IMG/VR virus record: IMGVR_UViG_3300049846_001128
Location: 20,741-84,740 of that record
Origin: a virus
DNA length: 64,000 bases
Direction: 5' to 3' (one strand)
The notes beneath the pieces are model-generated. The model was not told where the DNA came from. It saw only the letters and a program-made list of their open reading frames with translations, and searched no databases. Below, piece after piece: positions 30,794 through 39,960 of the stretch. A program made the position numbers and the translations under genes. The stretch's first letter is position 1, and the number at the start of each line of letters is the position of its first letter.

Positions 30794-31416
30794 AAAATCT
30801 GCTTGACGCTTTAAAACAAATGGACGAAATGCCTCAAGACAACTATGTTGAGGCTCCACAAGCCCCAATTGAGTCTGGAGTTGACTGGAAAACTATTGAT
30901 CAGTTTGAAGGTGGAAATCAGCAAAAGGGCTACGTCCCAAAATCTGGCAAGTCTGGCGTTACTGTTTCTACAGGTTTTGATGTAGGGCAAAGACAGAACT
31001 TAGAAGGTCTTTCTCCAGAGGTTCAAGTCAAACTACAGCCGTTTGTAGGAGCAAAAAGGGATGAAGCTCAAAGAAGATTAGCTAGTATGGGAGGAGTTGA
31101 ATTAACTCCAGAGCAAGCCCAAGAAGTAGCCGGTTTTGCTAAGAATGAAACAGAGCAGAAAATGAGAGATGAGTGGGCAAAAATGTCTGATATTCCTTTT
31201 GACAGCCTTACTCCTGCTCAGAAAACAGTTATGGCGAGTATTATACACCAGTACGGCACTTTTAAACGCGCACCAAGATTTTCCCAGTTTGCAGGAAAAG
31301 GTCAGTGGGAAAAAGTTGTTAACGAGCTTAGAAATTTTAATGATGAATATAAGACAAGAAGAAACCGAGAGGCGGATTATTTGCAAAAGTCCTTAAACAA
31401 GTTGGCTAAAAATTAA
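30790..31416 (+). CDS. Pesticin C-terminal-type muramidase (lysozyme)
   Basis: 'FEGG...GYVP...SGVTVSTGFDVGQ...QYG...RRNREADYL'. Confidence 0.8.
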   Translation: MKNLLDALKQMDEMPQDNYVEAPQAPIESGVDWKTIDQFEGGNQQKGYVPKSGKSGVTVSTGFDVGQRQNLEGLSPEVQVKLQPFVGAKRDEAQRRLASMGGVELTPEQAQEVAGFAKNETEQKMRDEWAKMSDIPFDSLTPAQKTVMASIIHQYGTFKRAPRFSQFAGKGQWEKVVNELRNFNDEYKTRRNREADYLQKSLNKLAKN

Positions 31417-31426
31417 AAGGTGAGTT

Positions 31427-31696
31427 ATGTCTGAAAGAATTAAGAATCTCGAAGAAAAAGTTGACAAAGTTGATGAGAAGCTGGAGAAGATCGTAGAGAA
31501 GATTAGTGCTATTGACGTAACGTTAGCTGTAAACACAGAATCCTTAGTGGAACATATTAAGCGCACAAACTTGCTTGAGCAAGAACTAAAGCCAGTTTCA
31601 AAGCACGTAGCAATGATGGAAGGAGCTTTTAAAGTTATTGGAATACTGGCTTCAGTCGCTGCTTTCGCCGCCGGTATTGCTAAGATGTTCTTTTAA
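31427..31696 (+). CDS. Coiled-coil protein with C-terminal TM helix (holin/XhlA-like)
   Basis: Heptad N-terminus, hydrophobic C-terminus, next to muramidase. Confidence 0.5.
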   Translation: MSERIKNLEEKVDKVDEKLEKIVEKISAIDVTLAVNTESLVEHIKRTNLLEQELKPVSKHVAMMEGAFKVIGILASVAAFAAGIAKMFF

Positions 31697-31816
31697 ACCA
31701 TATAATAAAAAGATTGGAATAACAGCAAAAGCCGCAGTCATTTCTGCAAAGCTATCCAAAACAGCCATTGCTCTTAAGCATAAAAAAATTCCAACAATCG
31801 CTATAAAAATTCTCAT
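31652..31816 (-). CDS. Small membrane protein (54 aa, not in ORF track)
   Basis: MRIFIAIVGIFLCLRAMAV...; ATGA overlap with upstream gene. Confidence 0.45.
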   Translation of the reverse strand: MRIFIAIVGIFLCLRAMAVLDSFAEMTAAFAVIPIFLLYGLKEHLSNTGGESSD

Positions 31817-32163
31817 TTTTTCCAACCTCTACATTCATCCAACCATTTTTGTTTTGCTTTGTTATAATTATCTACAAAATTCTCATCAAATTTTATCTCA
31901 GGAAACAAGACTCCATCGTAATATTCATCACCCTCCGAACCATACTCAAAGGTAATACTACAAAGATGTAGAATACTTTGCCCACTCAATTGAGGATTTT
32001 TTTTAGTAGAATACCACTTACCTTCGATATACATATCACCTCCTCCATCATAATACCAAGGGAGAGAGTCTAGGTATATCCTATTAGACCCTTCTATAAA
32101 AACTTCACAATCTCCATACTTTTTCTGTTCTTCCAGTAGACTAATTAGTTCTGAAATTTTCAC
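31813..32163 (-). CDS. Hypothetical protein
   Basis: 'MKISELISLLEEQKKYGDCEV' N-term common in phage early proteins. Confidence 0.55.
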   Translation of the reverse strand: MKISELISLLEEQKKYGDCEVFIEGSNRIYLDSLPWYYDGGGDMYIEGKWYSTKKNPQLSGQSILHLCSITFEYGSEGDEYYDGVLFPEIKFDENFVDNYNKAKQKWLDECRGWKK

Positions 32164-32709
32164 CTATTCCTCACTCTCTGTAATTAAATCCTCAATCTCT
32201 GTGTCGGACTTTTCTTCCATATTATGAAACTCTTGCAAATCTTCATAACTCAGGTAATTGTACTCTCTTTTTATCTTATTTTCAACATCAAACCCGCGCT
32301 TATAATCGTCCGAATTAATATCTTTTTGCTGCCAAAATCCGTGTAAATTGCCAAGTTTTTTAGTAACCTTGTCAAAGTCTTCGATTAAGTTCTCAACCTC
32401 AACCGGATAAAATCCATTCTCTTCAAAAAATTCTTGATTATCAGCAAGTAAAGCGTTTATTTTCTTAAACAATGCTTTAGACTCTTCACTTGTCTTAAAC
32501 GTAGCGTGATGATATTCCTTGTAAAAATTAGCCAAGTATTTTTTCTCATGCTCATTCATAGCTCGAATCAAGATATTTCCTTCGTGATCTCTAACCCCGT
32601 CTTGGTAATCAGAGTCCATGAATTCTCTACGTTTCGTCCTCGACCCGCTCTTCGATAGATGGCGAAATTCTTTTTTGTGCTTCTTTTTTACCCCAGTATT
32701 GTCTGTCAT
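32164..32709 (-). CDS. Hypothetical protein
   Basis: ORF in tightly packed operon. Confidence 0.55.
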   Translation of the reverse strand: MTDNTGVKKKHKKEFRHLSKSGSRTKRREFMDSDYQDGVRDHEGNILIRAMNEHEKKYLANFYKEYHHATFKTSEESKALFKKINALLADNQEFFEENGFYPVEVENLIEDFDKVTKKLGNLHGFWQQKDINSDDYKRGFDVENKIKREYNYLSYEDLQEFHNMEEKSDTEIEDLITESEE

Positions 32710-33040
32710 ATAACTCCGCTTGCTTTAAAATTTCCTCGTTAACATCAAAAATTCCCTCCTTAATCATGTAAAATCTCTGCTTTCCGTGTCGATAATCTGG
32801 TAAATGCTTTCCAAAAGTTTGGAAGAAAGTAATTTTCTTAGCCTTACCCTTCTCCTGATCCAACTTCCAAATTCTTCGATAAACGTAAAAGATTAGATAG
32901 TTTGGAACAGCGTGAGTGCCAGCTTCAATTCCCATATCTTGGATAAAGTTCATGACACTCTTGTTATCTTCGGGAGCCTTCCTTCCGGTTGACTCCCTTG
33001 ATTGAACTAACTTAAGCAATTCTTCAATTGACTTACTCAT
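32627..33040 (-). CDS. Hypothetical protein
   Basis: TAATG overlap with the ClpP-like gene. Confidence 0.55.
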   Translation of the reverse strand: MSKSIEELLKLVQSRESTGRKAPEDNKSVMNFIQDMGIEAGTHAVPNYLIFYVYRRIWKLDQEKGKAKKITFFQTFGKHLPDYRHGKQRFYMIKEGIFDVNEEILKQAELYDRQYWGKKEAQKRISPSIEERVEDET

Positions 33041-33810
33041 TAGAACTCCAGTTTTACCTGACGAGTGGCTCGTTTAATAGCTCTTGCGCCAATGCTATTT
33101 CCCGCGATTTTCTTACCATTCAGCGAAAAGCCAATCGGCATAGAAATTAGTGGGCATTTTGAGTACTCAACGCTAGCAGGTCCAAAGATTGTGGCAACGT
33201 CCTCAGTGTAAGTTCCAGAGAGAGATTTGTCGCAGATTACAGAAGCAACTTCATCGGCATGTTTTTGATTAACAGCGGCTTGTCCACCAATCCAAAGCTC
33301 ATTAATAATAGCGTTCTGGTAAGCTTCTACAGACATTCCGACTCTCTTAGCAGCCTTTACATTCATTTCATCAAGCACATCCTGAATCATTTTCAGGCGT
33401 TGGTTGGCTTCTCCCGGCACTTGTCCAGAAAGACCTGAGATAGCACCTCGGTGAGACATAAGCATTCCAGAAGAAATAATGTAACGTTTTCCAAGCTCTT
33501 GAGTAATTTGGTAGCCCATTGATGCGGCAAAAATTACAACAGTGTGAACTGGGCGATCAAGGCTCTTCACAAAGTCAATAAAGTTATTCCCAGCCATAAC
33601 AGAACCGCCGGGAGTGTCTAGTACTAAATAAATAGGTTGAGTTTTAGGAAGGGCTTGGTGCTTGATTAGAATTTCAAGTTGCTTCTTAGCAACGTAGTCT
33701 TCTTTCACTGGCTGGTTAAAAGCCACTGAGTTATTTTCAGACAAAGTAATAGTAGCCGAGTTGGCGTTTAGTGATGCAGCAAGAAAAGCTGCGGTAACGA
33801 ATTTAAACAT
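33040..33810 (-). CDS. ClpP-family serine protease with N-terminal signal peptide
   Basis: 'DTPGGSV', catalytic 'AASMG', 'MSHRG'; N-term MFKFVTAAFLAASLNANS. Confidence 0.8.
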   Translation of the reverse strand: MFKFVTAAFLAASLNANSATITLSENNSVAFNQPVKEDYVAKKQLEILIKHQALPKTQPIYLVLDTPGGSVMAGNNFIDFVKSLDRPVHTVVIFAASMGYQITQELGKRYIISSGMLMSHRGAISGLSGQVPGEANQRLKMIQDVLDEMNVKAAKRVGMSVEAYQNAIINELWIGGQAAVNQKHADEVASVICDKSLSGTYTEDVATIFGPASVEYSKCPLISMPIGFSLNGKKIAGNSIGARAIKRATRQVKLEF

Positions 33811-33838
33811 AAATCTCCAAAGTTAATGTGTTAGTTAC

Positions 33839-33867
33839 ACAATATCAAATGGAAATTATTTTGTCAA
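33839..33867 (-). promoter_or_regulatory. Sigma70-type promoter for the ClpP-like gene
   Basis: TTGACA-17 nt-TATTGT in intergenic gap. Confidence 0.7.
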
Positions 33868-33869
33868 CA

Positions 33870-34229
33870 TTATTTTTTAAATATTTTAAGAAAACTGTTT
33901 TTATCAGAAGCCACAGACTCGTAACCTGAATTATTAATAGCTTGTATTGATTTAACCTTATAAGGCTGGTCTTCAAAAAAGTTTACAATAAATCCAGTAT
34001 AAAGTCTACCATTAGGATAAATAGGGTAAGTAGCTAGAAACTCTTCCTTTGTAAAATTTCCCCAAAATACTAACTCAGACATATCCCATTTTTCAGGACT
34101 ACGCCTTCTTTTGGCTTTAAAACTAAAATAAGCCTCATAAATTATATAACAAGGCGTGTATACAAAAAATAAAAATAAAAAAATATAAGCAATAAAATTA
34201 ATCATAAGTTTATTTTTTACAAGGTCCAA
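33870..34229 (-). CDS. Hypothetical membrane protein
   Basis: N-terminal hydrophobic helix; AT-rich. Confidence 0.5.
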   Translation of the reverse strand: MDLVKNKLMINFIAYIFLFLFFVYTPCYIIYEAYFSFKAKRRRSPEKWDMSELVFWGNFTKEEFLATYPIYPNGRLYTGFIVNFFEDQPYKVKSIQAINNSGYESVASDKNSFLKIFKK

Positions 34230-34524
34230 CTAAAACGATTTTTTCAGTAAATCCGCCACGTTGGCTAAACTTTTTTTCTCTAGCTTCAAACACAGATTCT
34301 TCAAATCCATGAGCTTTACACACTGCAGCAAATACCTCAAGAACATCTGCTAGCTCTTCAAGCAAGTTTTCTGGAGAAGCTGATAAAACTTCGTTGGCCT
34401 CTTCCACAAGCTTTTCTTTTAAAAGCTGCAAATATTCAGATTGCTCAGCAATGTAAGTGTCCATAGCTCTGCCTTCTTTTTCTAAAACCATGGCAGGAAG
34501 TTTATCTCGAATAAGTTTTTTCAT
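34210..34524 (-). CDS. MazG-like nucleoside triphosphate pyrophosphohydrolase
   Basis: 'KLIRDK...KLVEEANEV...EELADVLEV...K..RGGF'. Confidence 0.85.
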   Translation of the reverse strand: MKKLIRDKLPAMVLEKEGRAMDTYIAEQSEYLQLLKEKLVEEANEVLSASPENLLEELADVLEVFAAVCKAHGFEESVFEAREKKFSQRGGFTEKIVLVGPCKK

Positions 34525-34736
34525 ACAAGTGCCTTAAGTAGTGGAGTTAATAATATAAATGCGTCTTCTTCCAGCTGTTTACAATTATCATATAGTCTTT
34601 CAGAGTAACCATAGTGTCCTCCAAAGTCAATGAAAACTCTATAGCCGCCATCATTGGTAACTTCCGATATTTCAGCAAAGTCAGGAATTTGCTCGTGGTA
34701 GTAGCGAATGAATTTATCGCCAAGTTTGTACTTCAA
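34521..34736 (-). CDS. Tag-family SH3-like small protein
   Basis: KYKLGDK...LLTPLLKALV*. Confidence 0.75.
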   Translation of the reverse strand: MKYKLGDKFIRYYHEQIPDFAEISEVTNDGGYRVFIDFGGHYGYSERLYDNCKQLEEDAFILLTPLLKALV

Positions 34737-34912
34737 AATAAAGCCTTCGTTAAATCCGTTAGTTTCACAACTTCACTTGGTCGGCATTTATAGATACAGT
34801 CATAAAAAGTAACGTAAGTAGGAGTTACTTCCTTAATTGTATAAACCTTGCCTTCAAATACACTATAACTAGGAACTATAACTTCGTCGCCAACTTTAAT
34901 TTCTTTTTCCAT
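34733..34912 (-). CDS. Tag-family SH3-like small protein (59 aa, not in ORF track)
   Basis: MEKEIKVGDEVIV...VKLTDLTKALF*. Confidence 0.75.
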   Translation of the reverse strand: MEKEIKVGDEVIVPSYSVFEGKVYTIKEVTPTYVTFYDCIYKCRPSEVVKLTDLTKALF

Positions 34913-35280
34913 TCATTCCTCTGGGCATTTTCCGCCAGTGTTTTACTTAAATGGCAACCAGACTTACACAAAGCCTGTAAGTTATCTTCGCCGCAGAATA
35001 GTCTTTTAAAATGCACGTTCCAGTCTCTGTTGCCTTGCACATCTAAAGGCACAACTGGGTCAATATGATCGACCTCAATCTTGTCTACAATAGCTGTAGG
35101 ATGGTCTAACTTTATAACGTCGATAGACCTTGCTCCAGAGTAGACAATTTGCCCACAACCTTCACACTTATAAAGTTCAGGTCCGATCTTTGCTCTTGCC
35201 TTTACGTTTTTTATCGGTTGCCACTGCCTCGCTAGTTTCCTCAAGGCTGTGTCCACCTTCGCTTGAAATCTTTTGTCCAC
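34876..35280 (-). CDS. HNH endonuclease
   Basis: CEGC...EVDHIDP...NLQALCKSGCH..KT. Confidence 0.85.
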   Translation of the reverse strand: MDKRFQAKVDTALRKLARQWQPIKNVKARAKIGPELYKCEGCGQIVYSGARSIDVIKLDHPTAIVDKIEVDHIDPVVPLDVQGNRDWNVHFKRLFCGEDNLQALCKSGCHLSKTLAENAQRNEWKKKLKLATKL

Positions 35281-35641
35281 GGAATATTTCCTTCATTAAG
35301 TCTTTTTTAAGAACTGTTAAGCCAACTTGATTGAGCTGATCAAAAGCATCAACCTGCGGCAAAGTGTTATCGCCATACCTGTGCCATTCGCCTTGCACAC
35401 AAATATAGTATGTGCCAGCTTGGTCTTGTAACAACGCTCCAGCATTAAAGGCTAGCATGGTGGCTTTAACTGGAACAATCATAAAAGTGTTGGCAGAATC
35501 GGACGGATGTCCGTTCAAAACTATCTCCAAGCTTGTTTTAACGGCTCTTATTGGTCTTTTCACGCTTTTCTCCAAGTTGGTAATGCCTAATGGCTTGTTG
35601 AATTTCTTTAACAGAAGTAAACTCCACTCTACTTTCCGCAA
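35177..35641 (-). CDS. Hypothetical protein (true start probably downstream)
   Basis: ORF track; overlaps neighbours. Confidence 0.4.
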   Translation of the reverse strand: MRKVEWSLLLLKKFNKPLGITNLEKSVKRPIRAVKTSLEIVLNGHPSDSANTFMIVPVKATMLAFNAGALLQDQAGTYYICVQGEWHRYGDNTLPQVDAFDQLNQVGLTVLKKDLMKEIFRGQKISSEGGHSLEETSEAVATDKKRKGKSKDRT

Positions 35642-35936
35642 ACAAAGTACACTCTAGGTTATAATAGTATGTGTTAATTCCAGACTCTCGCTCAAGTTGA
35701 TCGCAAAAATACTCAAACTGAGCTTGCCTTTCTTTTCGCTCATTCTCTCTTTCTAAGTAGTTCAAATATTTAGTTCTTTTATCCAGTATAGTAACGTTAT
35801 TATCAAGAGCTATTCCTAGCACTATAGTTGAGATAAAGAAGCAAATAAATAAACCACCGAAAAAATTTGCAGCTTCATCACAATTTTTTAACCGTTGCTC
35901 TAAATTTTTAATAATGTCATCTTTTGTCTTTTTCAT
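35538..35936 (-). CDS. Hypothetical membrane protein
   Basis: Single TM segment. Confidence 0.5.
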   Translation of the reverse strand: MKKTKDDIIKNLEQRLKNCDEAANFFGGLFICFFISTIVLGIALDNNVTILDKRTKYLNYLERENERKERQAQFEYFCDQLERESGINTYYYNLECTLFAESRVEFTSVKEIQQAIRHYQLGEKREKTNKSR

Positions 35937-36256
35937 TTTTTCCTCATCGCTCTATAGCCACAGGCTGATTCGCAAAGCTCCAAAGTACCAACTGGTAATT
36001 CAGACTCTTTAACTTTTGCGCCACACTTAGGGCATTCTTTATGTTGAGGCTTTACCAACTTTGGTTTTGCCACTGGTTCTTTTTTATCATGTTTTTCAAC
36101 TTCACGTAACTTCTTTTTTAACTTAGCAATTTCATTTTTTAAATCAGCTATTTCTCGTTCCAAAGCGTATTCATGCTCTAAATTTGCTTTGCGGCGGCTC
36201 ATCCTAGTCCTTTGTTGAATCTGTGATTGTGTTTCTTGACGCAGTAATCTGAACAA
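35933..36256 (-). CDS. Coiled-coil protein with C-terminal zinc ribbon
   Basis: CPKCG...CESACGY. Confidence 0.55.
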   Translation of the reverse strand: MFRLLRQETQSQIQQRTRMSRRKANLEHEYALEREIADLKNEIAKLKKKLREVEKHDKKEPVAKPKLVKPQHKECPKCGAKVKESELPVGTLELCESACGYRAMRKK

Positions 36257-36462
36257 TAAACCACTGCTGTTCCAGAATTAGACTCATAAATAAATCTATC
36301 AGTGTGTAAGTAGCTATAAATAGTAAAAGCTGCATCTTTAATTCCTAATGGTGCAATCTCAGGCTGGTTGAATACTTTGCCACATTTTGAACAAGTTACA
36401 ACTCCAGAAAGTCTGATGCTAGGAGCTTGATTGGATACTTTTCCTTCTAATATTTTGCTCAT
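36199..36462 (-). CDS. Zinc-finger protein
   Basis: CSKCGK...YCSDYC. Confidence 0.55.
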   Translation of the reverse strand: MSKILEGKVSNQAPSIRLSGVVTCSKCGKVFNQPEIAPLGIKDAAFTIYSYLHTDRFIYESNSGTAVVYCSDYCVKKHNHRFNKGLG

Positions 36463-36968
36463 TTAAATTTATACCCCTGTTCGTCAATTCTATGCTCTTC
36501 AAATCTTACCTTACCTTCAGAAATTAGTCTACGAATATTTCTCTGATTCTCACTTAATTGAGAAGTACCCATTTTCATTTCAATAAAAACAATGGATTCG
36601 TCGCCAAAATAAATGTAGTCCACGGGCTGGAATAAGGGCTTAAGCTTTTTATAATCATAAGGAAATTCAGCGTGGAATGGTAAAACTTGCTCAGATATTT
36701 GCCCAAGTCTTACAGCCTTACTTTGCTGCTCCCCTTTGAGTTTTTCAAAGTTGGCAGAAGTTTGTTCTAGTTTGTGAATAAGAGAATTGATTTCAGCCTC
36801 TTTTTTGTCTACAACCTCTCTGAAATGACTCATAGGAATTGTAGTTCCGGGCTGAGGAATTTGCCTCATTAACTCAGCCATTTGTTGAGCCTGATCTGGC
36901 TTAGCCGAAAAGAAATGCGTATATAAGGCGTAAATTAATAAGATAACTATAGCAATCGTGCTAATCAT
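36459..36968 (-). CDS. Holliday-junction-resolvase-like endonuclease (Endonuc_Holl type) with N-terminal TM
   Basis: 'GQISEQVLPF...PVDYIYF...IVFIEMKMG.SQLS..QR.IR'. Confidence 0.8.
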   Translation of the reverse strand: MISTIAIVILLIYALYTHFFSAKPDQAQQMAELMRQIPQPGTTIPMSHFREVVDKKEAEINSLIHKLEQTSANFEKLKGEQQSKAVRLGQISEQVLPFHAEFPYDYKKLKPLFQPVDYIYFGDESIVFIEMKMGTSQLSENQRNIRRLISEGKVRFEEHRIDEQGYKFK

Positions 36969-37147
36969 AATAAAGCCTCAAGTAGCGGAGTTGGACGAAT
37001 AAAATTTGTGGGATATGATAAATAAAATGTTTCTTTAAATGTAACTCGGTTTTTAGTAATTTCTTCAATAGTATAAATTGTACCAATATCAAACCAAGGA
37101 TACATGTTTACTAAAACCTTGTCACCAACTTTAAAACTACTCTGCAT
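36965..37147 (-). CDS. Tag-family SH3-like small protein
   Basis: MQSSFKVGDKV...RPTPLLEALL* (start re-assigned). Confidence 0.75.
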   Translation of the reverse strand: MQSSFKVGDKVLVNMYPWFDIGTIYTIEEITKNRVTFKETFYLSYPTNFIRPTPLLEALL

Positions 37148-37505
37148 ACACAGCCAAAGGCTCGTAAAAAAATAAGTCAAGCTGTAAGTAAAAAGTACCA
37201 AGATTAATATGTTTCTTGTCTAAATCTGGATTAACGTAGCTAACCACTACAACATCCCCTTCTCTTTTAGCTTCAAAAATTTCACCAGTTAAAAAGGAAT
37301 AGTATATTCCATCAACAGGGCTATAATTTACCGGCTTAGCAAATACTTGTAGAATAAAGTATTTACAAAAAAAGTAAAGGTCAATGGTTTTGGTTGCCGC
37401 CTCTACCACCGTTGCCGTTGTCACTTCCTTCACCTTCGTCCCCGTCATCGTCAGCCTCGCTACCAAGCCCTGCAAAGTACTCTTCAAGTTCGTTTTCAAA
37501 ATCAA
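37137..37505 (-). CDS. Hypothetical protein (start uncertain)
   Basis: Fills the gap between neighbours. Confidence 0.4.
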   Translation of the reverse strand: MILKTNLKSTLQGLVARLTMTGTKVKEVTTATVVEAATKTIDLYFFCKYFILQVFAKPVNYSPVDGIYYSFLTGEIFEAKREGDVVVVSYVNPDLDKKHINLGTFYLQLDLFFYEPLAVYAE

Positions 37506-37671
37506 CCTCCATCTGTTTTAAATCAATTAAAGCAAACTTCATTCCACCAAGGTCAAAGCCTGACGCAATGAGGAATTTTTCAAACTCAGCCACAACTTCT
37601 TCCAAACTTTCCGTACTGAAGTTAATAGCAGCTTCGCCTTGTTTGTCTTTTTTCTTAAATGTAAATTTCAT
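37381..37671 (-). CDS. Hypothetical protein with acidic tail
   Basis: 'LEEVVAEFEKFLIASGF' motif seen in phage proteins. Confidence 0.55.
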   Translation of the reverse strand: MKFTFKKKDKQGEAAINFSTESLEEVVAEFEKFLIASGFDLGGMKFALIDLKQMEVDFENELEEYFAGLGSEADDDGDEGEGSDNGNGGRGGNQNH

Positions 37672-37844
37672 TAGTTAGCCTTTTTACAAGTATATCGCTC
37701 ACCATCTACAATAACATGCTGAGTTGTTAAAGAAGCTTTTGCAACAAAGCCTTGGTAGAGGATAACACTAAAAATAGAAAATGACAACAAAATAGTTATG
37801 TAAGCTCCGATTAAAAAACTACTAAAACATTTAATAAATTTCAT
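37671..37844 (-). CDS. Small membrane protein
   Basis: ATGA-coupled to upstream tag gene; TM helix. Confidence 0.5.
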   Translation of the reverse strand: MKFIKCFSSFLIGAYITILLSFSIFSVILYQGFVAKASLTTQHVIVDGERYTCKKAN

Positions 37845-38029
37845 TCCAAAGCCTCGATTAAAGGAGTAACTGGAATGGCATGTTTTGGAAGAAAAGCCCA
37901 ATCGTAAACTTCTCCAAAATAATAATGCATTCCATCAAAACTGTTTATTCTCTGAATAGTTCCATTGAAATAAGATAAACCATAATCAGTAGCAGTAATT
38001 AAAACTCTGTCGCCAACATTGAATTTCAT
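37841..38029 (-). CDS. Tag-family SH3-like small protein
   Basis: MKFNVGDRV...PVTPLIEALE*. Confidence 0.75.
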   Translation of the reverse strand: MKFNVGDRVLITATDYGLSYFNGTIQRINSFDGMHYYFGEVYDWAFLPKHAIPVTPLIEALE

Positions 38030-38412
38030 TTCTTCGATTCTCTTTCAATTAATTTGTCTAAATAAATTTTAGCTTTTTGCAAATCCTTTACCCCGTCTTT
38101 TTCTTTATATCGCCAGATGTATTTGAAAATATTTCCTTCCAAAAAGTCCATCTCTTGGTCTAAAATAACGTCCCAACACTCAAGCTTACCCTTCTTGTTG
38201 TAACGCTTAGGCTTTTCAATGTCTTCAGAACTAGTGACAGGAATTAAAGGTTCAGCCAACTCCAAGTCACCTACATCAAAAGCTATAGTATGGCAACCAG
38301 TCATATCACACATGTAAACCATGAATTGATTCTTTTCTGGAATATATGATTTAATAACTCCACTTCTAGGGAATACTTCTCTTGTTTTAACATTATCACC
38401 AACTTTAAACAT
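38026..38412 (-). CDS. KVGD SH3-like domain fused to DUF3310-like domain
   Basis: MFKVGDNV...; 'P.RY...ECWD...FLEGNIFKYIWR...K.G..DL.KA..YL'. Confidence 0.75.
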   Translation of the reverse strand: MFKVGDNVKTREVFPRSGVIKSYIPEKNQFMVYMCDMTGCHTIAFDVGDLELAEPLIPVTSSEDIEKPKRYNKKGKLECWDVILDQEMDFLEGNIFKYIWRYKEKDGVKDLQKAKIYLDKLIERESKK

Positions 38413-38633
38413 TATTCAACTCCTAGACAAATAATAGTCAATAATTGTCTAACTCTTTCTGAACTTAAACCCACAGCGTTTGCTGTTTCTTCAATATTAT
38501 AGCCGCAAAGATAAAGCATTGCAACTCTATATTTTAAAGGATTTTTTGCCCTACCTGCGTACAAAGCCTTTTGAACATGCGCTCGACAAGGGTAGTCATA
38601 TAGTTTCTTATGTAGCCAGAAAATGAACTTCAC
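38412..38633 (-). CDS. Sigma-70 region-4-like HTH protein
   Basis: 'YNIEETANAVGLSSERVRQL'. Confidence 0.65.
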   Translation of the reverse strand: MKFIFWLHKKLYDYPCRAHVQKALYAGRAKNPLKYRVAMLYLCGYNIEETANAVGLSSERVRQLLTIICLGVE

Positions 38634-38809
38634 AACAAAGCCTCCATTAAAGGTGTTAAAGGTATTAATCTATCCAGCTCACAGTACCAAGTTAAGCCAG
38701 TGTAATAACTTGTTACAACAACCCAGCCAGATTTATCACTACTAGTAGGAAAATACTCCACAATCTCAGGAATCATGTCTGAGTGAAGTGGGAGGTAAAC
38801 CATTTTCAT
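38630..38809 (-). CDS. Tag-family small protein (59 aa, not in ORF track)
   Basis: MKMVYLPLHS...LIPLTPLMEALL*. Confidence 0.7.
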   Translation of the reverse strand: MKMVYLPLHSDMIPEIVEYFPTSSDKSGWVVVTSYYTGLTWYCELDRLIPLTPLMEALL

Positions 38810-39141
38810 TACTCGCTCTGAAACTTTTCGGCAATCCTATCCGACCATACGATAATGTCTGGAACATGGTATCCGATAATACTACACATCGTTTCTTCAA
38901 CCTGATCTGGCGTTAAGTCACTGCTTGTAGTTAAAGACATGTGATATAATACATGTCCAAGTTCATGTCGAATATCTATTAAAGTCCAGTCTGATTTTCT
39001 AAAATGCACTTCATAATTAGGAGGCATCGTAACTCCCGGTCGATCCCCGCCATCTCCGTTATGTAGCTTATTAAACTTAGCATCAGAAAGAAGTTTAAAC
39101 TTCCAATCTCTACCTTTTATATTAAGCGTTATTTCTTTCAT
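38809..39141 (-). CDS. Zincin-like metallopeptidase domain protein
   Basis: HELGH...EE. Confidence 0.65.
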   Translation of the reverse strand: MKEITLNIKGRDWKFKLLSDAKFNKLHNGDGGDRPGVTMPPNYEVHFRKSDWTLIDIRHELGHVLYHMSLTTSSDLTPDQVEETMCSIIGYHVPDIIVWSDRIAEKFQSE

Positions 39142-39142
39142 A

Positions 39143-39952
39143 CTATTTCTTCTTTTTTTGTGCAGCCTCGTAAGCCCTAACTGCAGAAGCTACAACTTCA
39201 GTCTTATCAAATTTAGCCAAGTTTAGGAAAAGTTCTTCAGTGGCTAACACATCAAAATTATTGTAGCGTTCCATTGATTTCCACGCTTTGATATTACCTT
39301 TCAAGCATTCGTCCCAAAGCTTAAACCCAGAAAACTCCTCATGATCTTGTTTCTTGTATTTAGTGTTAAACTTCTTAGACATGTACTCAAGCTTGTTTGA
39401 AGTAAATGCAAAGTGTTTTTTAGCCAGTAGGTAAGTATCTATCTTTTTATACTCACTTGGAACTCCTAAACCATTCTCCAAAAACTTAGCGTTGAGTTTC
39501 TTTAAATCGAAAGCCGTGGAGTTTTGCCCCAAGATTATATCAGCCTCGTCCATAAGTTTCCACAAAGGCTTTAGCAAATCTTTGTCATTTTGAATAGAGT
39601 CGCCTTTTTTTGACCTTTGATCTTTATACATAACTTTGTCGTTGTGTAACCATTTAGCTGTCCAAGAGAGTACAAACCAGTCCCGCTTAATCATGTTCAA
39701 AGGAATAGATTGATCGTATAGTCCCCAATGATAGGAAATCATTGGAGCGGTTTCAATGTCTAAAACTAGAACTTTAGGCAAGTCCTTTTCAATTTCCATA
39801 CCGTGAGTGTCAATACAGTGCTTTATAGAATCTGGAGTTCTTTTTTGCTGAAACTTGGCATTAAAAGCCTTAGCTATTTCAAACCTAGAATAGCCTTTTT
39901 TATATTGCTTTAGAACAAACTTTATCTCTCTAGGGTTCCAAGGTTGTTTCAT
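39143..39952 (-). CDS. RNase H-like (DnaQ/RNase_H_2) exonuclease with N-terminal HTH
   Basis: 'LDIET', 'QNSTAFD', 'SNKLEY', 'YNNFDV'. Confidence 0.8.
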   Translation of the reverse strand: MKQPWNPREIKFVLKQYKKGYSRFEIAKAFNAKFQQKRTPDSIKHCIDTHGMEIEKDLPKVLVLDIETAPMISYHWGLYDQSIPLNMIKRDWFVLSWTAKWLHNDKVMYKDQRSKKGDSIQNDKDLLKPLWKLMDEADIILGQNSTAFDLKKLNAKFLENGLGVPSEYKKIDTYLLAKKHFAFTSNKLEYMSKKFNTKYKKQDHEEFSGFKLWDECLKGNIKAWKSMERYNNFDVLATEELFLNLAKFDKTEVVASAVRAYEAAQKKKK

Positions 39953-39960
39953 TTGTTTCC

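Noticed and set aside
1569-31955. Numerous short antisense or alternate-frame ORFs inside structural genes
   Set aside because: Fully overlap longer, well-supported genes and lack RBS or motifs
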